Part shown: piece by piece, positions 17,630 through 26,414 of the stretch | Numbering within the stretch: position 1 is the first letter of the stretch | Layout of the letters: every line of letters starts with the position of its first letter | From: an uncultured Acidobacteriota bacterium | GTDB lineage: Bacteria > Acidobacteriota > Thermoanaerobaculia > Multivoradales > UBA5704 | Length of the DNA: 64,000 nucleotides | Assembly (NCBI GenBank): GCA_963770895.1 | Contig: CAVYRF010000002.1 | Coordinates: forward strand, 4,192,001-4,256,000 | Direction of reading: 5' to 3' | Made by a program: the position numbers and the translations under genes | Notes under the pieces: generated by a model | Told to the model about the DNA's origin: nothing | Databases searched by the model: none | Seen by the model: the letters and a program-made list of their open reading frames with translations, nothing else

Positions 17630-18958
17630 TCAACCCGCGGTCAACCGCGGGCAAAGTCCGCAGCGCAGGCCGCGCGCCGGGCAGTCGCGCAGGGTGCAGG
17701 CGACGGCCTGGCCGCGCAGCAGCGGCACCAGGCGCCCCAGCTTGCGGCTGTGCCGGCCCTTGACCAGGATCAAGGTGCGCGGCAGGAGCTCCGTTTGCAG
17801 CAGCGTCGCCGCGGCATGGACGTCGCGGCAGCGCTCGACCGGCGGCGCCGCGGCGCCCGCCCGCCGCACCTCGGCGGCGAACATCTGCACGTCGCTGCCC
17901 AGAAACAGGATCCGGTCGGCGGCGCCCGCCGCGCGGCGGGCTACGTCGCGCACCTCGGAGGCGCGCGGCTGCAGCGGCTCCTCGATATCGTCCAAGACCG
18001 CGATGCGCCGCCAGCCCCGCACCTCCGCGAGCAGGCCGAGGGCGGAACGGACGGTGGCGGCGGTCCCTTTCCAGGCGTCGTCCAGCAACCAGGCGCCGCC
18101 GGGGAGCGCGACCGGTTCCAGCCGTCCGGCCACCGGTGCCAGAGTGCCGAGGCGAGCGCCGATCATAGCGTGGTCGACCCCTGCCGCCACGCCCACGGCG
18201 GCGGCCAGGGCGGCGCAGCGGGCAAGGTCGCGGCCGAGCCAACGCAGGTCGGCGGTGATGCCGCCGCCCGCGGCCGGTCCGTCCAGGCGCAGTCGGGTGC
18301 CCGCCGGCCAGTCCAGGCGCGCTTCGGCGATGCGGCAGTCGCAATCCGCCGCGAAGCCCGCGCGCACGACGCGCACCGGCCGCTCCGGCCGGCGACGCGT
18401 ACCGCCGCTTGCCGGCGCGCCGGAGGCAACGCCGGCGGCGATCTCCAGGCAGCGCGGGTCGTCGCCGTTGACGACCAGCAGGCCGCCGGGCCGCACGGCG
18501 GCGGCGAGGATCGCCTTTTCGGCGGCGATGGCGGCGACGGAACCGAAGCTGCCGTGGTGGTCGGCGCCGATGGCGGTGAGCACCACCACGTCAGGCCGCA
18601 GCAGCCGCGCATACCCGCGCATCTGGCCCGGCCGCGAGATGCCGACCTCGCAGACCAGCGAGCGCCGGCGCGGTCGGTGGCGCAGCAGCGCCGCGGCCAG
18701 GAAGCTGCCGTAGTTGGGGGTGTCGGCGTCGAAGCGCGCGGCGACCACCGCCGCCACCGCCGTGGTGGTGCTGGTCTTGCCGAACGAGCCGGTCACCGCG
18801 ATGACCGGCGTGCCGCGCAGCCACAGCCGCCGCCACAGCCAGGCGGCGGGAACCAGCAGTGGCCAGGTGAGCCGCGAGCGGATGGCGGCGCGGCGGAACC
18901 GGGCGAGCCGCCACAGGCGCCGCGCCAGGTGCGCCAGACCTCGGTCCGCGGGTTTCAT
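17630..18958 (-). CDS. Divergent MurF-like Mur ligase with C-terminal 4-Cys tail
   Basis: VIAVTGSFGKTSTT P-loop, CEVGISRPGQM, PDVVVLTAIGADH, VNGDDP, GRLE; ends CTLRDCPARGLRCGLC; ATGA overlap with the asnB-like gene. Confidence 0.82.
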   Translation of the reverse strand: MKPADRGLAHLARRLWRLARFRRAAIRSRLTWPLLVPAAWLWRRLWLRGTPVIAVTGSFGKTSTTTAVAAVVAARFDADTPNYGSFLAAALLRHRPRRRSLVCEVGISRPGQMRGYARLLRPDVVVLTAIGADHHGSFGSVAAIAAEKAILAAAVRPGGLLVVNGDDPRCLEIAAGVASGAPASGGTRRRPERPVRVVRAGFAADCDCRIAEARLDWPAGTRLRLDGPAAGGGITADLRWLGRDLARCAALAAAVGVAAGVDHAMIGARLGTLAPVAGRLEPVALPGGAWLLDDAWKGTAATVRSALGLLAEVRGWRRIAVLDDIEEPLQPRASEVRDVARRAAGAADRILFLGSDVQMFAAEVRRAGAAAPPVERCRDVHAAATLLQTELLPRTLILVKGRHSRKLGRLVPLLRGQAVACTLRDCPARGLRCGLCPRLTAG

Positions 18959-20805
18959 CGGCGGGCCGTCCCGGCTGCGACCGCGGCCTTGTAGTCCGCT
19001 CCGTGCGGCGCCCCCGGCAGCGGCGGCGCCAGGCGCGGCGGATCGATGAAGACGCGCTGCCAGACTTCGATCAGCATCAGCAGGTTGAGGCGGTTGCGAT
19101 CGAACGGCAGGCCGCGGCCGCGGCGCAGCCGGGCCAGCAGGTGGGCGACGTAGCGCGGCTGAAAGAGGCCGCGGGCACGCAGCACCGGCGGCGCCAGCAG
19201 CTCCGCCGCCAGGTCGAGCAGACCCGCGGCCTGCCACAGGCGCAGCGGGTTGGCCTGCCCCTGCTTGCGGCGCCGCCAGATCTCGGCCGGCAGCAGATCG
19301 CGGCTGGCCGCGCGCACCAGCATCTTTTCGCTGCGCCAGCTCACCTGCAGGCGCGCCGGCACCTGGCCGGCCAGCTCGACGACGCCGGGATCCAGGAACG
19401 GCAGGCGGGCTTCCAGGGCGTGTGCCATCGACAGCAGGTCGACGCGCGGCAGGTGGGCGTTGGGCAGCTGCACGTCGCGCTCGTAGGCGAGCAGCGCCGC
19501 CAGCCGGCGCGACCCGCGCAGGGCGAGCGCCGGCCCCAGGTGGGTCGCCAGCGGGTCTTCCTGCGCGCGCGCCGCGAGCAGCCGCTCGCCGTACAGCCGC
19601 GCCGCCGCGGCGCCGATCTTGCGCGTGCCGTAGAGCGCCGCCGCCCAGCGCGGCGGCAGCCAGCCGAGCGGCGGCAGCGCCGTCTTGAAGCGCAGGTAGC
19701 CGCCGAACAGCTCGTCCGACCCTTCCCCGATCAGCAGCACGCCGACGTCGCGCGCGGCGCGTGCGAACAGCAGGTCGTTGAGCACCAGCGGGGCGTTGCG
19801 CGGTTCCTCGACGCGCCAGACGGCGAGCGGCAGCCCGGCCAGCAGATCGTCCGGGGTGGCCGTGATCTCGTGGTGATCGGTGCGGAAACGGTCGGCGACG
19901 CGGCGGGCAAAGGGGCGCTCGTCCTGGTCGCCGGGGCTGCCGATGGTGTAGGTCTTCACTCCCGGCCCCAGCCGCTCGGCCATCAGGCCGACCAGGAAGC
20001 TGGAGTCGAGGCCTCCCGACAGCGACGCCCCGACCGGCACCTCGGCGTCGAGGTGGCTTTCGACCGCCGCCGCCAGCCGCCGCCGCAGCTCGCCCGCCAG
20101 GGCTGCCGGGGTGCGCGAGGCCGGGGGCCAGGGGAACGTCGAAGGCGCGGGCAGCGGTGCGATGCGCGGCCCGCTGCCGGCGGCGGCGTCCAGGGCCAGG
20201 CAGTGGCCGGCCGGCAGGCGCTCGATGCCGGCAAAGAGCGTGCGGGCGCCGGGCACAAAGCCAAGCCGCAGCAGGCCGTCGAGCGCCCGCAGGTCCGGCC
20301 GTCGCGGCAGGTCGGTGGCGAGCAGCAGCGCCTTGGCCTCGGAGGCAAACCACAGGCGCCCCTGCCGAAGGGTGTAGAACAGCGGCTTCATGCCGGCCGG
20401 GTCGCGCGCCAGCAGCAGGCGGCGGCGGCCCTCATCCCACAGCGCCAGGCCGTACATGCCGTGCAGGCGGGCGAGGAACGCATCCCCCTGGTCCTCGAAG
20501 CCGTGCAGCACGACCTCGGCGTCCGAGCCGGTGGCGAAGCGATGGCCGCGCGCCGCAAGCTCCCGGCGCAGGGCGCGGAAGTTGTAGATCTCGCCGTTGC
20601 ACACCAGGTGCAGGCGCCCGTCCTCGCTCGCCAGCGGCTGGGCGCCGTCGGCGCGGCCGACGATCGCCAGCCGGTCGCAGCCGAGCGACACGTCGTCGCT
20701 CACCCAGGTCCCCGTTCCATCCGGCCCGCGGTGGAGCAGGGCGCCGGCCAGCAGGCCCAGCCGCTCGGCGTCGGGGGCGCCGGTGAAGCCAAAGATGCCG
20801 CACAC
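18955..20805 (-). CDS. asnB: Asparagine synthase (glutamine-hydrolysing)-family amidotransferase
   Basis: N-terminal (M)CGI, HRGPDG, NGEIYN, RDPAGMKPLFY, SLSGGLDSS, GEGSDELFGGY, EARLPFLD. Confidence 0.9.
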   Translation of the reverse strand: MCGIFGFTGAPDAERLGLLAGALLHRGPDGTGTWVSDDVSLGCDRLAIVGRADGAQPLASEDGRLHLVCNGEIYNFRALRRELAARGHRFATGSDAEVVLHGFEDQGDAFLARLHGMYGLALWDEGRRRLLLARDPAGMKPLFYTLRQGRLWFASEAKALLLATDLPRRPDLRALDGLLRLGFVPGARTLFAGIERLPAGHCLALDAAAGSGPRIAPLPAPSTFPWPPASRTPAALAGELRRRLAAAVESHLDAEVPVGASLSGGLDSSFLVGLMAERLGPGVKTYTIGSPGDQDERPFARRVADRFRTDHHEITATPDDLLAGLPLAVWRVEEPRNAPLVLNDLLFARAARDVGVLLIGEGSDELFGGYLRFKTALPPLGWLPPRWAAALYGTRKIGAAAARLYGERLLAARAQEDPLATHLGPALALRGSRRLAALLAYERDVQLPNAHLPRVDLLSMAHALEARLPFLDPGVVELAGQVPARLQVSWRSEKMLVRAASRDLLPAEIWRRRKQGQANPLRLWQAAGLLDLAAELLAPPVLRARGLFQPRYVAHLLARLRRGRGLPFDRNRLNLLMLIEVWQRVFIDPPRLAPPLPGAPHGADYKAAVAAGTARR

Positions 20806-20808
20806 GCC

Positions 20809-22740
20809 TCAGGCCCCTCCACCCGGCGGGCCGCCGGCGCAAACGCCGGCAGGCGTGAGCGCCAGCAGGTCGGCCTCGGTGTCGCGGTAGGCAAGGTGAA
20901 AGCAGGCGCCGGCGAGACTGAAGAGCGGTGCCGCCCGCGGCGCCTGGCCGGGCGCCCGCCGCACCACCAGCACGTGCGAGATCCCCAGCTGCCGCAGGCG
21001 CGCGTGCAGCCGCGCCGGCCGCGCGCCCAGCGCCAACACTTCGGAAAACGGCAGGGTGCCATACCAGTCGCCGGCAAAGCCGCCGGCGGCGTAGTACCGC
21101 AGGTTCTCGCCCCACAGCGCGTACACCGCGCATCCCGCGCCACAGCGGGCGTTCAGCCAGGCCAGCGCGCCGTAGCCGGGCACCTCGTGCCGCAGATACG
21201 CCGTCCTGGCCGGCTCGTCCGCCGGGAGCGGGCCGCGGCGGTGGATCAGGTGTCCGGCGTAGAGCCACATCGGCAGCATGGCGACCAGTGCCAGGGCCGC
21301 GACTGCCCGCGCCGCCGGAGGTTGGGCCAGCGCCGCCGCCGTGCCGGCGACCGCCACGGCAAAGAGCGGCGCCGCGACGGACACGGTGCGCGCGTCGGGG
21401 GCCGCTGCCGCCAGGACCAGGCCCATGGCCAAAGCGCTGATGGTGATCGGGCGCAGCGCCGGGAAGCGCCGCCAGGCGAAAAGCGGCAGCGGCCACAGGA
21501 GCAGCAGCAGGGGAGATCCCGGCGGGTAGAAGGGGCGCGCCGCCTGCCGGCCGGCGGTCAGGCTCCAAGGCAGGCTGGCGACGGCTTGCAAACGTGCGGC
21601 GAGGGCCGGCGTTGGACCTGTCCCGGCGTGGCGCGCGATCGACAGCAAGGGATATAGCGGGTCGCCGGTAGTGTGCGCGATCCACAGATACCAGGGCAGG
21701 GCGACCGCCATGGCCGCCGACAGCGCCAGGGCCGTTGCACGCAGGCGCCTGCCGCGCGGCGCGCGCAGCAGGCACCACGCCGCCACCAGCACGACCACCG
21801 GCAGGCCGAGATACTTGGTGGAGGCGGCACAACCCGCCAGCCCGCCGGCCAGGAGCAGGCGCCGCGATTGCAGGCCGCGCGTTGCCGTCGCCGCCGGCGC
21901 CACGCCGTCGGGATCGAGCACCGCGGCTGCCGCGCCGGCGCCGTCGTGGGTCGCGTCCAGCACGATCACCGCCGCCAGTGTGAACATGGCGATCAGCGGC
22001 TCCACGTAGAGCGATGCGGCAAGCCACGCCGCCAGCGGGCTGCCCAGCCAGAGCGCGGCGGCCAGCGCCCCGGCGCCGGGACCGTAGCGCCGGCGGCCCC
22101 ATTCCCAGAGCGTCGCGCCGGTGCCGGCCCAGGCCGCCACCTGGAGCAGTTGGGCGGCGATGTCGTCCTGCAACAGCAGCGCCGCGGTAGCCAGAATCTC
22201 GTTGAGCCAGGGGAAGACCGTGAAGCGCAGCCCGGCCACCGGATGCAGGCCGCCCGACAGGGCAAACGCCCGCGCCGCGGGCAGGTGGTACAGCAGCGCG
22301 TCAAACCCGGTCGGCGGATAGAGCGCCAGCAGCGCGCCGGGCAGCACCGTGGCCGCGGTCAAAACCGCCAAAGCGCGGTACGGCGCGCGGATGAGCGAGC
22401 GCAGTCCGGCGGCGAGCGCTGGCCATGCCGGTCCGGCGGCCATCGCGGCCGCAATGAGCAGCAGCCCCACCGTAAAGGCAGTCAGGTGCCCCACGGCCGC
22501 AAGCAGCGAAGCGGCACAGCCTGAGACCCCAAGCCCGATCGCAAGACAAAGCCCCCAGCCTCCCGCCGCGGCGTCAGGCTGAGCTTCAGCCGGCGCGGGA
22601 AGAGCGCGCGTCACCGCGGCGGATGGGGCGAGCGGACCCAAAGCGGCAAGGGCTGCGAGGCGGGCGCCCAGGGTGGCGGCCACGGCTGTGAAGGCTGCGG
22701 CGAAGGCGCAGTGCGCCAGGACGAAGCTGGCAACAGGCAC
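20809..22740 (-). CDS. Polytopic GT-C-fold (PMT/ArnT-like) membrane transferase
   Basis: Many TM helices; PPTGFDALLYHLP first-loop motif, LYVE, STKY, PWYLW...TGDPLYP; start uncertain (GTG). Confidence 0.7.
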   Translation of the reverse strand: MPVASFVLAHCAFAAAFTAVAATLGARLAALAALGPLAPSAAVTRALPAPAEAQPDAAAGGWGLCLAIGLGVSGCAASLLAAVGHLTAFTVGLLLIAAAMAAGPAWPALAAGLRSLIRAPYRALAVLTAATVLPGALLALYPPTGFDALLYHLPAARAFALSGGLHPVAGLRFTVFPWLNEILATAALLLQDDIAAQLLQVAAWAGTGATLWEWGRRRYGPGAGALAAALWLGSPLAAWLAASLYVEPLIAMFTLAAVIVLDATHDGAGAAAAVLDPDGVAPAATATRGLQSRRLLLAGGLAGCAASTKYLGLPVVVLVAAWCLLRAPRGRRLRATALALSAAMAVALPWYLWIAHTTGDPLYPLLSIARHAGTGPTPALAARLQAVASLPWSLTAGRQAARPFYPPGSPLLLLLWPLPLFAWRRFPALRPITISALAMGLVLAAAAPDARTVSVAAPLFAVAVAGTAAALAQPPAARAVAALALVAMLPMWLYAGHLIHRRGPLPADEPARTAYLRHEVPGYGALAWLNARCGAGCAVYALWGENLRYYAAGGFAGDWYGTLPFSEVLALGARPARLHARLRQLGISHVLVVRRAPGQAPRAAPLFSLAGACFHLAYRDTEADLLALTPAGVCAGGPPGGGA

Positions 22741-23111
22741 CGCTTCACGTTCCGATGCGGGCCGGCGCCTGCGCCGCCCGGCGTTGGCCTGTCACGGCCA
22801 GCGGCGTCAGGAAACGGAGCGGGGTCGGCTCAGCGATGGGCCTGACGGTGTCCATGGTGCAAGCGAAGTAGAAACGTTGGGTCGGCCCGCCGCGGAGGTG
22901 CGCTGTCCGCCCCGCGGATGGTGCCGCTACATGCTGCGGTGTTGTTCACGGAAATGCTTGCTGGACAGGAGTTTGACTGAAAGATGTCGCTGACTATGGC
23001 ACGCGTGGCAGAGAGGGTCAACCGCGACGAGGGGATAGGATTGCATCCTGATTGCAACTTAGAGATGCTGTAGACGTACAAGAGGCGACGACGCGCACAA
23101 ACGAGCAGACC

Positions 23112-23351
23112 ATGAAAACAGCGATCTCGATCCCCGATCTTCTGTTCCGGCGGGCGGACAGGGCGGCAAGGCGCCTCGGCATGTCGCGCAGCCAGCTGTA
23201 CGCAGTCGCCATCGAAGCGTTTCTTGCCGACCAGGAGCAGGCGGACGTGACCGCCGCGCTGGACAGGATCTACGGCCGGGAGCCTTCGGCGCTGGAGTCC
23301 GCGGCGGTGCGGATGCAGGCGGCGGCGTATCCGGCCAGAGACAGCTGGTGA
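23112..23351 (+). CDS. RHH antitoxin (ChpI/MazE-like)
   Basis: MKTAISIPDLLF...LGMSRSQLY..AI RHH pattern; TGATG coupling to the toxin. Confidence 0.85.
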   Translation: MKTAISIPDLLFRRADRAARRLGMSRSQLYAVAIEAFLADQEQADVTAALDRIYGREPSALESAAVRMQAAAYPARDSW

Positions 23352-23689
23352 TGGAACGCGGCGAGGTCTGGCTGGTCTCGCTGCCCGATCCGAACGCAGC
23401 GGCAAACGGCTGGCGCCAGCCCGTGGTGGTGGTGCAGGCCGACACCTTCAACCGCAGCCAGATCCAAACTCTGTTGGCGGTGGTGGTCACCTCCAATCTT
23501 CGCCTGGCTAACGCTCCGGGCAATGTCCGCCTGTCGCGGCGCGACAGCGGCCTGGCCAAGGAATCCGTCGCCAACGTGGCACAGGTGGTGACGCTGGACA
23601 AGACGGCGCTTCTGGAACGCACCGGCGTCCTGCCGGCGCCGCTGGTCGGCCAGATCGAAGCGGGGCTGCGCTTGGTGTTGGGTCTTTGA
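23351..23689 (+). CDS. mazF: MazF/PemK-family endoribonuclease toxin
   Basis: RGEVWLVSL, PVVVVQADTFN, TSNLRLANAPGNV, ESVANVAQVVTLDK. Confidence 0.9.
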   Translation: MERGEVWLVSLPDPNAAANGWRQPVVVVQADTFNRSQIQTLLAVVVTSNLRLANAPGNVRLSRRDSGLAKESVANVAQVVTLDKTALLERTGVLPAPLVGQIEAGLRLVLGL

Positions 23690-23710
23690 CGGCCGGCCTT
23701 GACGCCCGAA

Positions 23711-24826
23711 TCAGTCGAACAGGTGGAGCTGGCCGGTCGTCGGGGCGGGGCGGGCAGGGCGCCGGAACGCGGCCGCGGACAGGGCGGGACGCGGCTGGTC
23801 CAACCCGAGGCGCCGGCGGGAGGACACAAAGAGGCCGTGGATCTGCTCGGCGAAGATGCCTTCGCCGCGCATGCGGCTGCCGAAGCGCGGGTCGTTGAGG
23901 CGGCCGCCGCGCAGGTCGCGGATGCGGTTGAGCACCTTGTCGCGGCGGTCGGGGTAGTGGCGTTCCAGCCAGGCCGTGAAGAGCCCGGTGACGGCGCCCG
24001 GCAGGCGCACGATCGTGTAGCCGGCACCGGTGGCGCCGGCGGCGGCGGCGGCTTCCAGGATGCTCGGGATCTCGTGATCGGTGAGGCCGGGCACGATGGG
24101 CGCCACCATCACTCCGACCGGGATGCCGGCGGCGGCCAGCTGTGCCACGGCCTTCAGGCGGTCGCGCGGATGGGAAGCGCGCGGCTCCATGCGGCGCGCC
24201 AGGTCGGCGTCCAGTGAGGTGATCGAAAGCACGACCCCTGCCGCCTGGTGGCGCGCCAGCTCGCCCAACAGATCGATGTCGCGGGTGACGAGCTCGTTCT
24301 TGGTGATCACGCCCACCGGCTGGCGGGCCTCGGCCAGCACTTCCAGGCAGCCGCGGGTGATCCGCAGGCGGCGCTCGACCGGCTGGTAGGGGTCGGTGAC
24401 GCCGCTCATCGCCAGCGTCTGCGGCTGCCAGCCGGGGGCGGCCAGCTCTTCACGCAGCAGGCGCGGGGCGTCCTCCTTGACCATGATGCGGGTTTCGAAG
24501 TCGAGGCCGGCGGAAAAGCCCAGGTATTCGTGGGTGGGGCGCGCGTAGCAGTAGACGCAGCCGTGCTCGCAGCCGCGGTAGGGGTTGAGCGACGCCGAGA
24601 ACGGTACGTCGGGGCTGTCGTTGCGGGTGATCAGGGAGCGCGACGTATCGCGCAGCAACTCGGTCGCCAGCCGCGGCTCCAGGTCGTCGGGGCCGCCCTC
24701 CCACGCTTCGGCAGGCGCGGGTGGGCCGACTTCGGGGTCCACCTCGACATGGATGCGCTCGAAGCGGTTGGCCGGGTTTTCGGCCGTGCCGCGCCCCTTG
24801 ATTCCGCTGGTGCCGCCACCCCTCAT
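23711..24826 (-). CDS. PA0069/Rv2578c-family radical SAM protein (SPL-like)
   Basis: NPYRGCEHGCVYCYARPTHEY (CxxxCxxC), TDPYQPVE, RFGSRMRGEG. Confidence 0.92.
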   Translation of the reverse strand: MRGGGTSGIKGRGTAENPANRFERIHVEVDPEVGPPAPAEAWEGGPDDLEPRLATELLRDTSRSLITRNDSPDVPFSASLNPYRGCEHGCVYCYARPTHEYLGFSAGLDFETRIMVKEDAPRLLREELAAPGWQPQTLAMSGVTDPYQPVERRLRITRGCLEVLAEARQPVGVITKNELVTRDIDLLGELARHQAAGVVLSITSLDADLARRMEPRASHPRDRLKAVAQLAAAGIPVGVMVAPIVPGLTDHEIPSILEAAAAAGATGAGYTIVRLPGAVTGLFTAWLERHYPDRRDKVLNRIRDLRGGRLNDPRFGSRMRGEGIFAEQIHGLFVSSRRRLGLDQPRPALSAAAFRRPARPAPTTGQLHLFD

Positions 24827-24832
24827 GCAGCT

Positions 24833-24838
24833 ACTTTA
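24833..24838 (-). promoter_or_regulatory. -10 element of a probable leaderless transcript
   Basis: TAAAGT 6 nt upstream of ATG 24826; no SD. Confidence 0.45.
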
Positions 24839-24860
24839 CAGCGCCCGTCAAGCGATCCCT

Positions 24861-24884
24861 CCCTTCCGCGCCTGGCGGGAAGGG
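24861..24884. terminator. Hairpin downstream of the attH-like gene
   Basis: CCCTTCC-N10-GGAAGGG inverted repeat. Confidence 0.35.
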
Positions 24885-24929
24885 GGCTGCTGCAGCTGAT
24901 TCATCGGGCGGACGTGCCGCGGCGGCAGG

Positions 24930-26414
24930 TCAGTGGCTGCCCGAGGCGTCGCCGTAGCCCGTCAGCTCGACGTAGCCGCGGGCGCTCACCGGCCGGCCGT
25001 TATGGGTGCCGGTGGCCGCGGCGGCTCCTTCCCAATAGCGCAGCGACAGGGGCAGCTCCTGGTCGGCGAGCAGCGGCCGCACGGTCAGCTCGATGTCGGC
25101 GGGTGCGGCAGGCCCAGCAGATCCGGCAGATCCGGCGGATTCGGCAGCCGGGTAGCGCAGCCGCCAGGCGGACGGATAGCGAATGCCGCTCGCGGGGCTG
25201 GTCCAGGTCGCCGTCTCGACGAAACTCCAGGCCGGCAGCGGCATCACCCGCGTCGTGCCGTCCGGCGCGATCAGGGTGGCGCGGCTCGCCGGATCGACCA
25301 GGCCGGCTGCCGGATCGGCCGGGCCGGCCGGGGGGCTGCCCCGGCGCAGGCGATAGAGCATCAGCTCCCAGCCGTCGTCCAATTGCAGGCCGAACCAGTC
25401 CCATCCCACCTCGCCGGCGTCGAGCGCGCTGGTGCTCCATTCGTGGTCCATCCACGCCAGGCCGGAGACGGTGAAGCGCTCGCCTCCCAGGCGCAGCTCG
25501 CCGCGGGCGGCGAGCCGGGGCAGCGAGTAGTAGTAGGAGGCATTGCCGGGCCGCCCGCTCTTCGCCGACAGCCCGCGGTCGCCCTGCGCCACCGGCGGCA
25601 GGTTGCCGGCCAGCGAAAGATCGATGGCATAGCCGCCGTCGGCGCTCCCGCCAGGCATCTGTCCGCCGGCTGTGTCGCCCTGCTGTGCAGCGGCAGCTAA
25701 CAGGTGGATGGAACTTACGGCTGCTGCTGGTGCGGGTGGTGCGGCAAGTGCGACAAGCCCTGTCGGCGCGGCAGGTGCGGCAAACCCAGCAGGCGCGGCA
25801 AATGCGGCAGGCCCTGCGGGCGCGGCAGGCCCTGGCGGCGTCCCGGTGGCGGACCAGGGGCCGACCCAGACGCGCAGCGGGCTCGCCTGCGCGCCGGCCA
25901 GGCCGGCGGCGCCCCGTTGCCACTGCTCGCGGGCGTAGAAGCGGCGGCCGGCGACGTCGGTCAAGGCAAAGTGGGCAAAGTAGATCTGGCGGGTCGCCCA
26001 GGCCGAAGAGCGCGGCGCGCCGCCGGGCGGCGCCAGCGCGACGCGGAAAAAGGTGAGCTGGAAGCCGAAGCGGCGGCCGTCGTCCGCGGCCAGGTTGCCG
26101 GTGAAGTACCACCACTCGGTGCGGAAGTCGAGGTGCGGACCCAGGTCGGCGGGGAAGCGGAACGGCCGCGGTGCCAGGGCGCGCGCGAAGCCGCCCGTGT
26201 CCCCACCCTGGAGCGCGGCGGCGATGCTCCGTCGCGCGCTGAGCGGTCCGCAGTCGCCGCCGTCGCCGCCGTCGCCGCGGCTTGCCGTCGCCGCGCGCGG
26301 CGCCCGGCCAAGGTGCCACGCGACCGCCGCCAGCAGCGCGACACCCGCCGCGGCTCCAACCGCCACCGGTAACAAACCGCGTCTGCGGTACCAAAGCGCC
26401 GGCAGGGTCGTCAT
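24930..26414 (-). CDS. AttH/CrtC-like lipocalin-domain protein
   Basis: FPADLGPH.DFRTEWWYFTGNL, FGFQLTFFR, SYYYS, AWMDHEWS, WDWFGLQLDDG, YWEG, GYVELTGY; ATGA overlap with the permease. Confidence 0.9.
   Translation of the reverse strand: MTTLPALWYRRRGLLPVAVGAAAGVALLAAVAWHLGRAPRAATASRGDGGDGGDCGPLSARRSIAAALQGGDTGGFARALAPRPFRFPADLGPHLDFRTEWWYFTGNLAADDGRRFGFQLTFFRVALAPPGGAPRSSAWATRQIYFAHFALTDVAGRRFYAREQWQRGAAGLAGAQASPLRVWVGPWSATGTPPGPAAPAGPAAFAAPAGFAAPAAPTGLVALAAPPAPAAAVSSIHLLAAAAQQGDTAGGQMPGGSADGGYAIDLSLAGNLPPVAQGDRGLSAKSGRPGNASYYYSLPRLAARGELRLGGERFTVSGLAWMDHEWSTSALDAGEVGWDWFGLQLDDGWELMLYRLRRGSPPAGPADPAAGLVDPASRATLIAPDGTTRVMPLPAWSFVETATWTSPASGIRYPSAWRLRYPAAESAGSAGSAGPAAPADIELTVRPLLADQELPLSLRYWEGAAAATGTHNGRPVSARGYVELTGYGDASGSH
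25730..25835. repeat. Degenerate 9-bp-period tandem repeat (in-frame Ala/Pro insert)
   Basis: GCGGCAGGC-like units encoding PAAPAGPAAFAAPAGFAAPAAP inside the AttH-like protein; similar tract at about 25100-25150. Confidence 0.7.

Noticed and set aside
18955-20805. Lasso-peptide cyclase interpretation of the AsnB homologue
   Set aside because: It retains the full glutaminase domain with N-terminal Cys; no B1/B2 proteins or precursor peptide nearby.
25730-25835. CRISPR-like repeat array
   Set aside because: Short degenerate in-frame tandem units without spacers; no cas genes.
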